Assembly: GCA_965112735.1 (NCBI GenBank)
Contig: OZ218950.1
Location: forward strand, 5,022,001 to 5,086,000
Reading direction: 5' to 3'
Length of the DNA stretch: 64,000 nt
DNA from: Phaeosaccion multiseriatum
Taxonomy: Eukaryota; Protista; Ochrophyta, other classes
Shown here: one piece after another, positions 50,828 through 61,855 of the stretch
Numbering within the stretch: position 1 is the first letter of the stretch
Layout: every line of letters starts with the position of its first letter
The notes under the pieces: model-generated
Databases searched by the model: none
What the model was told of the DNA's origin: nothing
The model's input: the letters and a program-made list of their open reading frames with translations, nothing else
Program-made: the position numbers and the translations under genes

Positions 50828-51493
50828 GCCCAACTGCCTTTTCCCTCCTTCGCTGCGCCCCCTGTACAGCTCCTTCTTCCCACCTCTCCTTCTCCTCAGG
50901 GACACACGCCCCTCCCCTTGCCGTGGCTGCGCCTCCCGCGCGGTCTGTGTCTCAAGGTATGCGTCCGTGTTGCCGCACACCCCCTCTGTCGTCGAGGGTT
51001 GGTGAGCGCCGACCTGAGGGTGTTGGTGTCAGGACTTTGTTCTTTTCAAAAAAGTCTCTTACTAGGCTGCACCCCAGAGTGTGGTGGAGTGAATTGGTTG
51101 GAGGGTGGTGTGGTGGTGTTGCGGAGGATCAGCGGCCGGAGAAGAAGAGGAGGTGTAGGGAGAGGAGGTGCAGGGAAATGGTGAAGGAGGGTGTTGAGGT
51201 CTAGCTTTCATGCACGTACAGGTGGAATAAACAAAACAATGGCAGGACAAGATTAGTGAGGAGCAGGCAATATTCGTCGCTTTCCGTCCACCTTAATTAA
51301 ATGTGCTTCATTTTCTGCCCCTCACCTACTCTCTCTCTCTCTCTACGTTAACCTACTCTTTTGTTAAGTATGATGTACCCCCCATCGACTTTTTGCCTTG
51401 TGCTGCAGTCCCCAGCCCCCCGTTCTCCCTCATACACCACTCCTCCCTGCCCCACCATCGCGCAAGTCAAGTCAAGTCAAGTTTCCGATGCAG

Positions 51494-53084
51494 CTAAGCG
51501 GTGGCATCGTCTCGGTTCTTCTTGCAGTGGGGTAGCAGAAGAGTGACCATGTCCAGGATGGCCAGGATGGTCAGCACGCTGTAACACACCTCAATCGCAC
51601 CCTCCAGACCCTCCGACGCCACCTTTCCGATCATTTCGTCGCGGTACCCATGCTTGTCTACAATGGCAGCCAACGCCCACACCGTAGCGAAGCACCACAC
51701 CGCACTCCTCCAGTACACAACAGCAAAGATGGCAATAGCCGAAGCCAGGAAAATACTGAAGATGGCGGCGGAGAGTTGATCCGCGATACTGAGCTGCTCG
51801 GACACGAGCGCCACGTTGATGTTGACTAGCGCTGCGGCTGCCACCCAGCCTCCGTGGAGACCGATGGGGAAGGCGATCAGAAGCTCCTTCAGCTTTTGGC
51901 GGTGCATGACAGAGCTTTGGGTTAAGAGGTGGGAAGAGGGAGGGGGAGGTGGAGGCGGGGGCGGTGAGCGTCGATGCAAGCAGGAAGCGAAGGGGAGATG
52001 GGGGAGATAGGACCAGGGTACACAAGGCTCGATGGAGAACAAGAAAGGCATGGTGCGGCACGAGTACGGGACGCTGCGGGTGCGTGACGGAGCCTTCAAA
52101 CGCCTCTCACTCCACAACTCTCACTGACATAACACTGACCTTGGCGAGCGGAACCTGGTGAGGCCGTGGAGTGCCACGCCCAGCGACAGGAAGATGCAGG
52201 ACAGGAAAATTGCGGACAGGATAAAGGCCTCCTGTGCGAAGGAGAACACCCATGCGATCTGTGCACGGCAGGCGGGTGGGGGTGTCAGCTGCCATACCAA
52301 ATGCACTGAACTGCTCTCCACATGGCCCTGTTCGATCGAGTATCCTTGAAAGAGAGGCAACAAATAGGGCATATCTAATCTCTCAAGGATGAGGAGGTCC
52401 CGATAGATCCTGATTTCCCTCGTCAAGTTGGCTGGGGGGTGGTCCCTTTCTCTCTCGCTCACCTGGAAAAGATTGGCCCAGATGAACCAAGGCCCGACGC
52501 CGTCTCTCATCACACGCGACTCTCTTCCACCGTCGGGAATGACCTGTCCACGGGGACACACAGAGAGAGAAGGCAATGCCACACAGAGGCGGCAACCAAG
52601 GCGGGTGAGACTGGACACGCAAATCCCTTCCCTCACTCAGTAACACACATTTAGACTGCAAACAGGCCCGAAGCTCTCCGCGTGAGACAGTCCAACGACA
52701 GTCAAACGCACCTGCCAGATCACCCACAGTGCCTCAGAGACGAAGATGGCGCCCCAAATAGAGAAGGCGTATCTGCATACAGCGAAACGGGTAGCAAGGG
52801 GAGCAGCAGCAGCAGCAGCACCAGCAGCAGCAGCAACAACAGGAATAAGGGGACTAATGCATAATTCCTTCCTTCCCTCTCCTGCCCCACGGAGTGAGAA
52901 CGCGTGCATGCACTCACCCAGCGGGGGTGATGAGCGTTGGGTGAGCATCGGAGATCTGCTTGTTGGTCTTCCCAAACACGCCTGTTAGACTCGTAAAGGT
53001 CACTATGGCGTTGAGGAGGAAGGTGATTGCGTTGAGAACCCACAGCCTGTTCTGGATGGCGGTTGGCAGGCCTGGAAGCTCCAT
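51494..53084 (-). CDS. Multi-pass membrane protein, TspO/tryptophan-rich-sensory-like family, 5 exons
   Basis: TNKQISDAHPTLITPAGYAFSIWGAIF, WANLFQIAWVFSFAQE, FPIGLHGGWVAAAALVNIN and VWALAAI; about 8 hydrophobic segments. Confidence 0.75.
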
Positions 53085-54571
53085 GGTAGCCGCGAGCTCG
53101 GCGTGCAGCGGAGTAGGTTGACTGTTGAGAACACTCAGAGAGGGAGGGAGGAACGAGAGTTGGATACCGGAGAGAGGCGGGGACACACATGATTAGCTAA
53201 GCAAAGTTAGAATTTGAGGAAAGGAGGCAAGAGACCGCGACAGGAAGCGGAGCGGAGATTTGGTTCTCTTCCTTGCAAGCCTTCAGCGGCTCACCTATAC
53301 GCCACCTCACCGCCCTTGCCGCTGAGCAATGGCTCTTCACTGGGGGGCTGGGACATCATTCCGATCCATCCGAGATCTTTTTTCGGTATGCAGGGGACAA
53401 ATAGAAAGAGACAGAGACAAAAAAGCGAGAAGGATTTTGGCGAAGAAAGGGATACAATCCCCCCCAAAGCACCGCTCTCTCACCTGTTCTCGTTCTCGCT
53501 TGTGTTCTCCACGTGTTTCAGCCTCCCTCCACAGGCAGGCAGAAAAGAAAAAAATTTCAGTCCGACGGTCAAATACATATCGAAATTCTCTCTCTTTCCC
53601 CCCACCCACTTCCTCCAAGCGGCAGCCACTTATCCACTCCGTTATCTGGAGACGCATCGCAGCAAGACCAACCCCCTCCTCCTCCTCCTCCTCCTCCCGC
53701 CGAGTCTTTCCACATGCTGCACTCGCCATTTGTGAGTCCCTACTTTTGCTCCTCCTGCCTCGCTCCTCGCCTCCCACTTTCACCTTCCTCTCCTCCACTC
53801 TCCCTTCTCCCACTTCTTGCCAACTCCAACCCTCTTCTCTCCTCCTCCTCCTCCCTGCCGAGGGCGCAGCCCGAAGCACCACCTTGTACAGATCGAAATA
53901 AAATTAGTAGGCGGGCCGGAGGCCTGACGGTGGGAGTGTGGGAGTGCCCAGAGTGCAAAGAGTAGTCAGTTTTAAGCAAATGTATTGCATGGGATTGGAA
54001 GTGAGGAGACTTGGTTGTCTCTTTCCGCCTCGCTGGCCCTACGAGGAGTGCAGGCCTACTACAGGTGTGCTGCTAACCACTGGCTGGGCGGCACCACGCA
54101 CGCGCCCACGGTCACTGGGAGGCTGCCTAGAGGCGGGCTAGAGGCCGCCTAGGACTGAAAAGTGAGCGGCCTAGAGCGGCCGGAGGCCACCGGCCTAGGC
54201 CTAGATCGGCCGAAGGCCGAGCGGCCTAGCGGCCTAGAGCAAAACCGCTAGGCGTGCATGGGGCTGAAAATCGGATACACACCATTCCTTTCCTCCTTCT
54301 CTTCCTCCCCCAGGGTCGGCGCTGGGCTCACTAATTTCTCTTCCTCTCTCCAGTACCTTTATACTGTTCACGTCTTCGTTAGTTACGGGCTGCCCTGGTG
54401 ACGTCGGTACAAAGGACAACCCATACCTAACGAAGACGTGAACAGTATAAAGGTAGTGGATGGAGATGGTGGCCGCCAAAGTCTCCAGCGTGTCGCCCCG
54501 CTGGCTCCCTCCTTGAGTTCGTTGCAAAATGGACCATTTTTTATTGTACCAGAACATCGAGCATCAGTGCC

Positions 54572-54748
54572 TCAGGCGTGGTAGATGGTTTGGGGCATCC
54601 AAATGTCGTGCGAGCGCAGGAGGTCTGGTAGCTCGGCGTAGGCTCTGACCCCGAGCTTGTAGGACGACTTCTCTGTGCCCCGAAGAGGGCCTTCCACCTG
54701 CAGGGGAGAAGAGAAGGCGACGGCAGATGATGCATAGACACAATACAC

Positions 54749-54781
<33 letters not shown>

Positions 54782-56040
54782 TCGTCAACAGTGGGAAGAG
54801 GGAGAGGCGAGAATAACTCTCCTTCCGCCCCACGTCCCTTCACACACACACACACATGCATAATTCGCAGGTTGATTCCTATAAGTCAATACTAAAATCC
54901 CCCCCCCTCTCCTCCAACACCTCCCCCCCCTTTCGCATTCGCTCACTCAGTCACTCACGTCCAGCCAATGCTCGTCGGTCAGCTTGTCGATGAAGTCTAT
55001 GAAGTCGTCCTTGGATGCCTTGCGGGGCCTGCTCGAAAAGAACTTGGCTCCCGTGACGGCTATGCACTGCTGATTCGCCCCCTGCCCGCCTTCGCCCGCC
55101 ATATCTTCCGCCTCCTCCCCGTATACGCGAATGATGCTCCGGAAGGCCTCCATTTCCCAATCATTAAATAGGCACCCGTACTTCTTGGACACATCATCCA
55201 CCACCTGCCGTGCAGAGAAGACAGAGCACAGGGAGGGGCGGAGGCAGACAGGAAGGGATGGGCGAGAAGGGTGTGAGGGTGTGACGTCTGGATGAGATGA
55301 GAAAGCCGCTGGCAAACAGCAAGGCAAAGCTGTTGGATGGTGTCCGATGTGCCTCGTGCGCCGGATAGGAGGAACGTGGTATTGTGCGCACTCGCTCGAC
55401 TTTTCCTCTAGGAATGCTCGAGTAGAGAGAGAAAAGAGACAAGGGCTCCTGCTCTGCGGTGCAGGATACAGGTGGGCGAGTCCTCGTCTCTTCCTCTCAA
55501 ACCAAAGGGACACACACGACTTGTTCGAACAAGCCAGCCCCCAAGCTCCTTGTGATCCCCTCCCTGGACGACAATGCGTAGGTACCTGGTTGACCAATGT
55601 GTGATAGCTTACACCCTCGATCTTGACGCTGTTAATTTGCAGCTTCATTCCCGCCAAGGCCTTGTTAGCGTCTGCTATGGTCCTGCTCGTCGTGCTGCTG
55701 GTCTCTTTCATTTCGCTGTACAGCCGCTTGAGGAGTGCGGTAGCATCATCATCTCTCATTACTTTCGTAACCTGGTTGGAATTCACGGGGCGATGAAGAG
55801 TGGGAAGAGGTTGAGACGTGGTGGGGGGGCGTGGGGGGGGGAGGGAGAGAGCTGTGGCAAAGAAATGAGAGAGGGGGGAAAGTAACCAGGCATCACACAC
55901 AGAAGAGAGCTTAAGAATTGAGAGTGGGAAAGCAGAAGTGAAGAGGGAGGGAGCAGCGACGCTAGCCCACGCACCATGAGCCGCTGCAGAAACATCTTCG
56001 TAGCCTCGGGAAGTATCGTCCTGTCCGCATCGTCTGCCAT
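54572..56040 (-). CDS. NSE1: SMC5/6 subunit NSE1-like protein (two winged-helix domains, no RING), 4 exons
   Basis: KMFLQRLM, ANKALAGMKLQI, YHTLVNQVVDDVSK..FNDWEMEAFRSII, IDKLTDEHWL and YKLGVRAYAEL match the NSE1 WH-domain pattern; TGA at 54572, followed by AATAAA at about 54545-54540. Confidence 0.8.
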
Positions 56041-56403
56041 TATGGACTCCCTACAATGTAAGCCCCTAAAACGCGCAAGAGAGACCCCACGCCCTCTCTC
56101 TCCCTCCCTTCGCTCTAGCTCGCCCGCTCTCTCTCTTTCTCTATCTCTCTGTGTGTCTCTCACTCTCTCTCTCCCACACACGCTTGCCTCGCCTTGCGGG
56201 GCTTGTCGCAGTTCGAAATCAAAATTAACCCCCTCGGGTTCTCTACGACGATCGAATGACCAACTTGCGAGGCAACGTTGCCTCTCGCCACTCAAATCTG
56301 TCAGCAGCGCGGAGGTGATTCCGGAGGTGCGACGTAAAGGGAGGTGGAGAGGGCCGAGGGAAGATCTACATAGGCAGCAGCTTTTGGGAGAGGTAGCAGA
56401 GAC
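56041..56403. promoter_or_regulatory. Probable bidirectional promoter between NSE1 and CYP51
   Basis: Divergent ATGs about 360 bp apart, with a (CT)n tract. Confidence 0.45.
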
Positions 56404-58208
56404 ATGGACGACTTCATCGCATCCCTGAACCTGCCCGGCAACCCGGACAACCATGCCTACATCCTGGCCGCTAGTGCGGGGGCGGTCATGGTGATGGGGA
56501 TGCTGATGCTCTTCTTCCGCAGGCCGAGCAATGCTCCCCCGACCGTAAAGATGGGCTTGCCTCTTGTTGGCAATCCTATGGCCTTTGTCAAGAGTCCCCT
56601 TGGCATGATTGAGAAGGCCCACTCGACGTAAGTCGTTGGTGATAAGCTTCTCCGTCCCTACTTCTTTCTGTTGCTGCTTTCTACCCGCCACTTGCTATCT
56701 CATGGCCTATTATCTACGCCCCCCTTAGGTGCTGCGCCTGTGCTCCTTTTCTGACCAATTCCCTCCTTCCCTTTCCGTTCCCTTGAAAAGGCACGGAGAG
56801 GCTTTCACAGTGCCCATGGGCCCCCAAAACCTCACCTTTCTGATAGGCCCACAGGCAGGAGCACCCTTCTTCACCAATAGGGTAAGGGAGGAGAGAAAGG
56901 AACGACCAGAGAATGTGAGAGGGGGCTAACCCTAGTGCCTTTCCTCAACCTAACGCCGTGCTTGTGTGTGTCTGTGTGTGTGTGTACGTGTGTGCGTGCT
57001 GCAGGACGACGTGCTCTCTCAGAACGAGGTGTACGGCTTCATGAAGCCCGTGTTCGGTCCTGGAGTGGTGTATGACGCGGAGCCCAGCAAGCGCACGGCG
57101 CAGATGAAGACCATGTCCAACGGACTCAAGGTGGGGGTTGGAGGGTGTGCAGTGCGGCCGACACATATCACACACCACGAACCTCTGACCCGCCCGCCTC
57201 CGGATGGGCTCCCGTGACTGAGATGCCCCCGCAATTACGTGCATGTGCTTTCCTTCCACTCTGTCCCCTGCAGGCCGATGCGCTGCAGAGCTACATCCCA
57301 AAGATAGAGCAGGAGACGCGAGACTTCCTGAAGGTATGGCTGCAGCTGGGCAGGGCAGGACAGGAGGAGGCGGCAGGTCCTCTTGGGGACGAGAGGCAAG
57401 ACAAGCATTGCATGGGCAGGGAGAGAATATGCACAGAAGTGAGCCGTGACTTGTTGCCCCACCCCTCGGCCTCCTCTCTCCCCTCCTGGCTCTCTCGCCC
57501 TCTCTCCGTGCTCCAGAAAAACTGGGGCGACAGCGGCGAGGTAGACCTGCTGACCACTCTTTCGGAACTCACCATCCTCACCGCCAGCCGCTGCCTGCAT
57601 GGAGACGACGTGCGAGAGAACATGTTTAACGAGGTGGGTTTTGAGTTGGTTTGTTGGCTGTTCAACAACGGAGGCTAGGTTGGTGTTCTGGGCTCTCAGC
57701 GAGCGAACGCTCTCCATCCGAGCGCGCTTCGGGCAGGCACGCTTGGTGCCTCTCCGCGAACGGAGTTGCGCATCTGGTCTCTATCAGCATCGCTTTGACT
57801 GTGTGTGTGTATGTGTGCCTGTCAAGCTCTCGGCCTCTCCCTCTGCCGCGTGTCTATCAGCTGACTGCATTGCCCCGTCTACTCCTCTGTGCCCCACTTT
57901 GCCCTGCCCTGCTGTGCTCTGGTCTTTATAGGTGGCGAATCTGTACCATGACTTGGACAAGGGCATCACCCCCATCAGCTTCTTCCTTCCCAACCTCCCC
58001 ACCAAGGCGCACAAGATACGAAACAAGGCTCGCATTGAGATGTGCAATCTCTTCTGTGAGTGCGTGAGTGGGCAGGAGACCAGACGAGCTCCCGCTTGGT
58101 GTGTGTGCGTTGATGGTGACAGCAGACCGAACAGAGTCAACAAAGTACTATTTGCTTCTTGGTGTGGTCAATCGTTGATACGATCTGGCCCCTAACCCCG
58201 CCCTCCTG

Positions 58209-58264
<56 letters not shown>

Positions 58265-61027
58265 TTTCAGCCAAGGTGATCAACAGCCGTAGAGAGCGCA
58301 TGGCGGCCGGGGAGGACCTTTCCAAGAACACAGACATGCTCCAGCGCTTCATGGAGATGCAGTACAGGGTGAGTAGTCACAGATGGCACATGGGCCTGTC
58401 CTGACACCTGGCTGGGGGTCTAACACCTTGGAGGGGGGAACAGAGGAGAGAGGGGCTGCTCACCGCTGAGCTGAATGTACTACTCAAGGGGCCCCACCCA
58501 CTCACCGTCACGTACCTCTCGCTCACTCGCTCCTCAATCTGACTTACATCCCCTTACGTACCGTTACGTACCTCCCCTCCCTTCACTCTCCCACGCCCCC
58601 TTTCCTTCACTCTCGGCCGCGCAATACTCAATATCCATGGGATACACTCCCCCATTCATTCATTCCCTCCGTTGATTGCAGGACGGAACGGCCCCGTCGA
58701 CCCAAGAGATCACCGGGCTGCTCATCGCGCTGCTCTTCGCAGGACAGCACACGTCCTCCATCTCGTCCACATGGACCACGCTGCTCACCTGCAGAGACCC
58801 CGCCATCTGGAAGGGCCTGCAGGTGTGTGTGTGTGTGTGCGTGTGTGTGTGCGTGGTGTGTGTGTGCGTGTGCGCGTGTGCTGATGTGTGTGTGCGTGCA
58901 CAGGAGCTGGATGGCTTGTAGAGCTGGTAGAGGTGGCAAACCGGCTCTCTCTGGGAGTAGGAAGTGTCTTGATTCTCGTCATCAACCCACCCACTCACTC
59001 ACCTCTCACCCCCTCTGCCGATGCTGTGCTGTGCTGTGTACTGCAGGAAGAGCAAGATGAGCTCGTTGGGGATCAGCCCCTCACCTTCGAGAAAGTGCGG
59101 GTAAGTCAGTAATTCAGTGAGTAAGTCAGTGTGTCAAGCCTGGAAGGAAATGAGAGCGCTCAGAGTCGCCTTCTTTCAGGCGATGTGTTGGGCGGGTCAC
59201 GTGCAAAGTCGACGCACTTGACCGACGGAGTGTTGCCCGTCTTGCCCCGTGACCTTGCTGTGTCCTCCCTACCTTTCCTTGGCCTGCTGCGCGCTGCTAC
59301 TGGGTGGTGGTGGGTCTGTTGGTGCTACACTGATATGCTGCAGGACATGGAGAAGCTGCACAACTGCATGCGGGAAGCGCTGCGTATGTTCCCGCCCCTT
59401 ATCATGCTCATGCGTATGGCCAAGCAGCCCTTCGCAGTGACCACCAGCGACAAGAAGACATACGTTGTGCCCAAGGTAACGTACGCACGCACACACGCTC
59501 GCACGGGAGGGCCAGGAGGGGTGGCGCGCACGACCGTCCATTGCAGAGCGGGCGGCACAGAGAGAGAGGGATTGACACTGCTTACTGTTCGAGAGAGAGA
59601 GAGGTTGACACTGCTTACTGTTCGAGAGAGAGAGAGAGGTTGACACTGCTTACTGTTACTGTACTGTAGAGAGAGAGAGGTTGACACTGCTTACTGTTCG
59701 TCCTTGTTGCCCTTGCCATCCAAAAACACACACACGCACACAGACAGGAACCGACACATTCTGTGCGACCCTCTTCTGGGGCCCCGGCCCTGGCCTGTAG
59801 AGCTTAGAAGTGCCACCTAGTGTCCAGTCTATATCCGCGCCGCCGCCCGCGCCGATATGGACTGGACCTTGGTTGGCACTTCTAACCTCTACAGGCCCGC
59901 GCCACTGACTCTGTGGCCCCCTCTCCCTGCGTCTCCCCTCTCCCCAACCATCTACTTGGCCCGTCTTGCTCCCGCTCTTACTCTTGCTCTTGCTCTTGCT
60001 CTTGCTCACCTCCCCTAAGGGCGACATTGTGATCACCTCCCCCGCCGTGAGCATGCGCTTGGACAGAGTCTTCCCAGAGCCCGACAAGTTCGACCCCACC
60101 CGTTACAACGAACCGCGAGGTACGCGCTTGCTTGCTTTCTTCTCTGTTGCTCGTTTTGTTTGTTCGTTGGTATGTTTGCTTGGTTGTCTGTGCGTGCGTT
60201 CGTTCGTTTGTTGGAAATTTGATTGTTTGGTGCTGACACGCACATGTATGTACACATGATGTGTAGCTCGCTCTAGACTTGGGCAAGGTCTCATTGCCAA
60301 GTTGGTCGATTCCACCTTGGTCAGATGGGCTGCTGCTCCTTCTCCTCCTCCTCCTCCTCCTCCTCCTCCTCCTCCTCCTCCGCCGCCGCCGCCGCCGCCG
60401 CCGCCGCCTCCTCCGCCTCCTCCTCCTTCTCCTTTGATTTTCCTTTCGAAATGTGCCAGCAACTTTGACACAGCCGCAGGGTACATCTTGCAACTCGTTT
60501 GAAGTTGTTGTTTGCCGACTTCCCTGTCTCTCACCCCAACGCCCCTCCCTCCCTTCCTTTGCTGCGGCCCCGTTCTCTCTCTTTGCTTCAGAGGAGCACA
60601 AGCAGCCCTACGCCTACCTGGGCTTTGGTGCGGGCATGCACCAGTGCATGGGGCAGACCTTCGGCTTCCTGCAGGTCAAGACCATCATGTCGGTGCTCAT
60701 TCGCGAGTACGACTTTGAGCTGGTGAGTGAGTAAGGCAGGGAGGGAAGGAAGGAAGGAAGGAGGGAGCGAGGGAAGGATCGAGGGAAGGAGCAAAGGAAG
60801 GATGGAAGGGAGGAGAGATAGAAGGAAGCAAGGGAAGGAAGGAAGGGAGGAAGGAAGGAAGAAACCCTCACCGACCACCCTTTCGTGGCTTGTTCTGTCC
60901 GTGGTCTCCCCTTCTATGCTTTCTGTCGCAGCTGAGCCCAAACCTCCCCGAGCCGGACTACGAGGCAATGGTGGTGGGGCCGAAGGAAGACGGCAGCTGC
61001 AAGACGCGCTACACCAGGCGGACTTGA
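56404..61027 (+). CDS. CYP51: Sterol 14-alpha-demethylase (cytochrome P450 CYP51), 13 exons
   Basis: N-terminal TM anchor, VYGFMKPVFGPGVVYDA, YHDLDKGITPI, I-helix LLIALLFAGQHTS, EALRMFPPLIMLMR, heme motif FGAGMHQCMG, PDYEAMVVGP; TGA at 61025-61027. Confidence 0.97.
59560..59699. repeat. ~31-bp repeat x4 ((GA)nGGTTGACACTGCTTACTGTTC) in a CYP51 intron
   Basis: Direct observation. Confidence 0.88.
59792..59897 (+). other. Long inverted repeat / stem-loop in a CYP51 intron (pre-miRNA or MITE candidate)
   Basis: Arms 59792-59835 and 59854-59897 (44 nt each): 38 Watson-Crick pairs, 3 G-U pairs and 3 mismatches on the sense strand, with an 18-nt loop. The structure is certain; the function is not. 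Confidence 0.7.
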
Positions 61028-61806
61028 GCCGTTCCGATGAGCTCAGTGCGAGCACTTTGTGTTGTTCATATTCGTGTGTCGAGCCAAGGCCCGCGTGGCG
61101 AGACCTCACTTGGCTGCTTGCTTTTGTGGGGCCAAGCAGGCACAGCCTTGTTGCGCACCAGAGTGTACGTCACTATATACAGGGGAAGCTGAGGGCGAGG
61201 GGTGGAAGGGAGTAGGTTGGGGCATAGCGCGGAAGGCAGGCCAGAGGAAAGAGAAGAGAGAGAGAGAGAGAGAGAGAAGGAGCAAGCGCCTCAAGGATGG
61301 AGCGCTACATACATTGGACTCTCGCGCGGAGCGACCGCCCCCGCTCTTCCTCTCTTCCTCCACAGCCTGACGAGGCTCAGTGGTTCAGTGAGTGGTTGGT
61401 GGGCTGTGGTTCGAGGGAGGCACGCTACCGCACCGGGCTGTGGTTCGAGCGAGGCACGGGACCCCGCTCACTCAGGGGCATTTGGCGAGTATTGACGCTC
61501 CTTCTTGTGTTGTCCACTTGTCTACTTGTCTACTTGTCTACTCGTCACAATACTCACTCCAACTTGGGGGTGGGCAGCTGCGGTCGTTGGAGGTTGTGCC
61601 TCCTCGGCAGCCCTCTTCTTTCTTTATTGTTATTAACACTCGATTTGCGTGAGAATGGCCAAAATTGCCCCCGATAAATATTTTGGACGAACTCCGCAGA
61701 ATCTGTTTGACATTTTCCCCATCATGTCCAAATGAGCGATTTGGGCGATTGTACGCAAATCGAAGCATCTGTGAGTTTTTTGTTGACATAACGTTGGAAA
61801 TTTGGG

Positions 61807-61854
<48 letters not shown>

Positions 61855-61855
61855 G

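Noticed and set aside
56225-56236. TTAACCCCCTC resembling the putative piggyBac end at 39157
   Set aside because: Same orientation, 17 kb away, inside a compact divergent promoter; cannot be the partner TIR.
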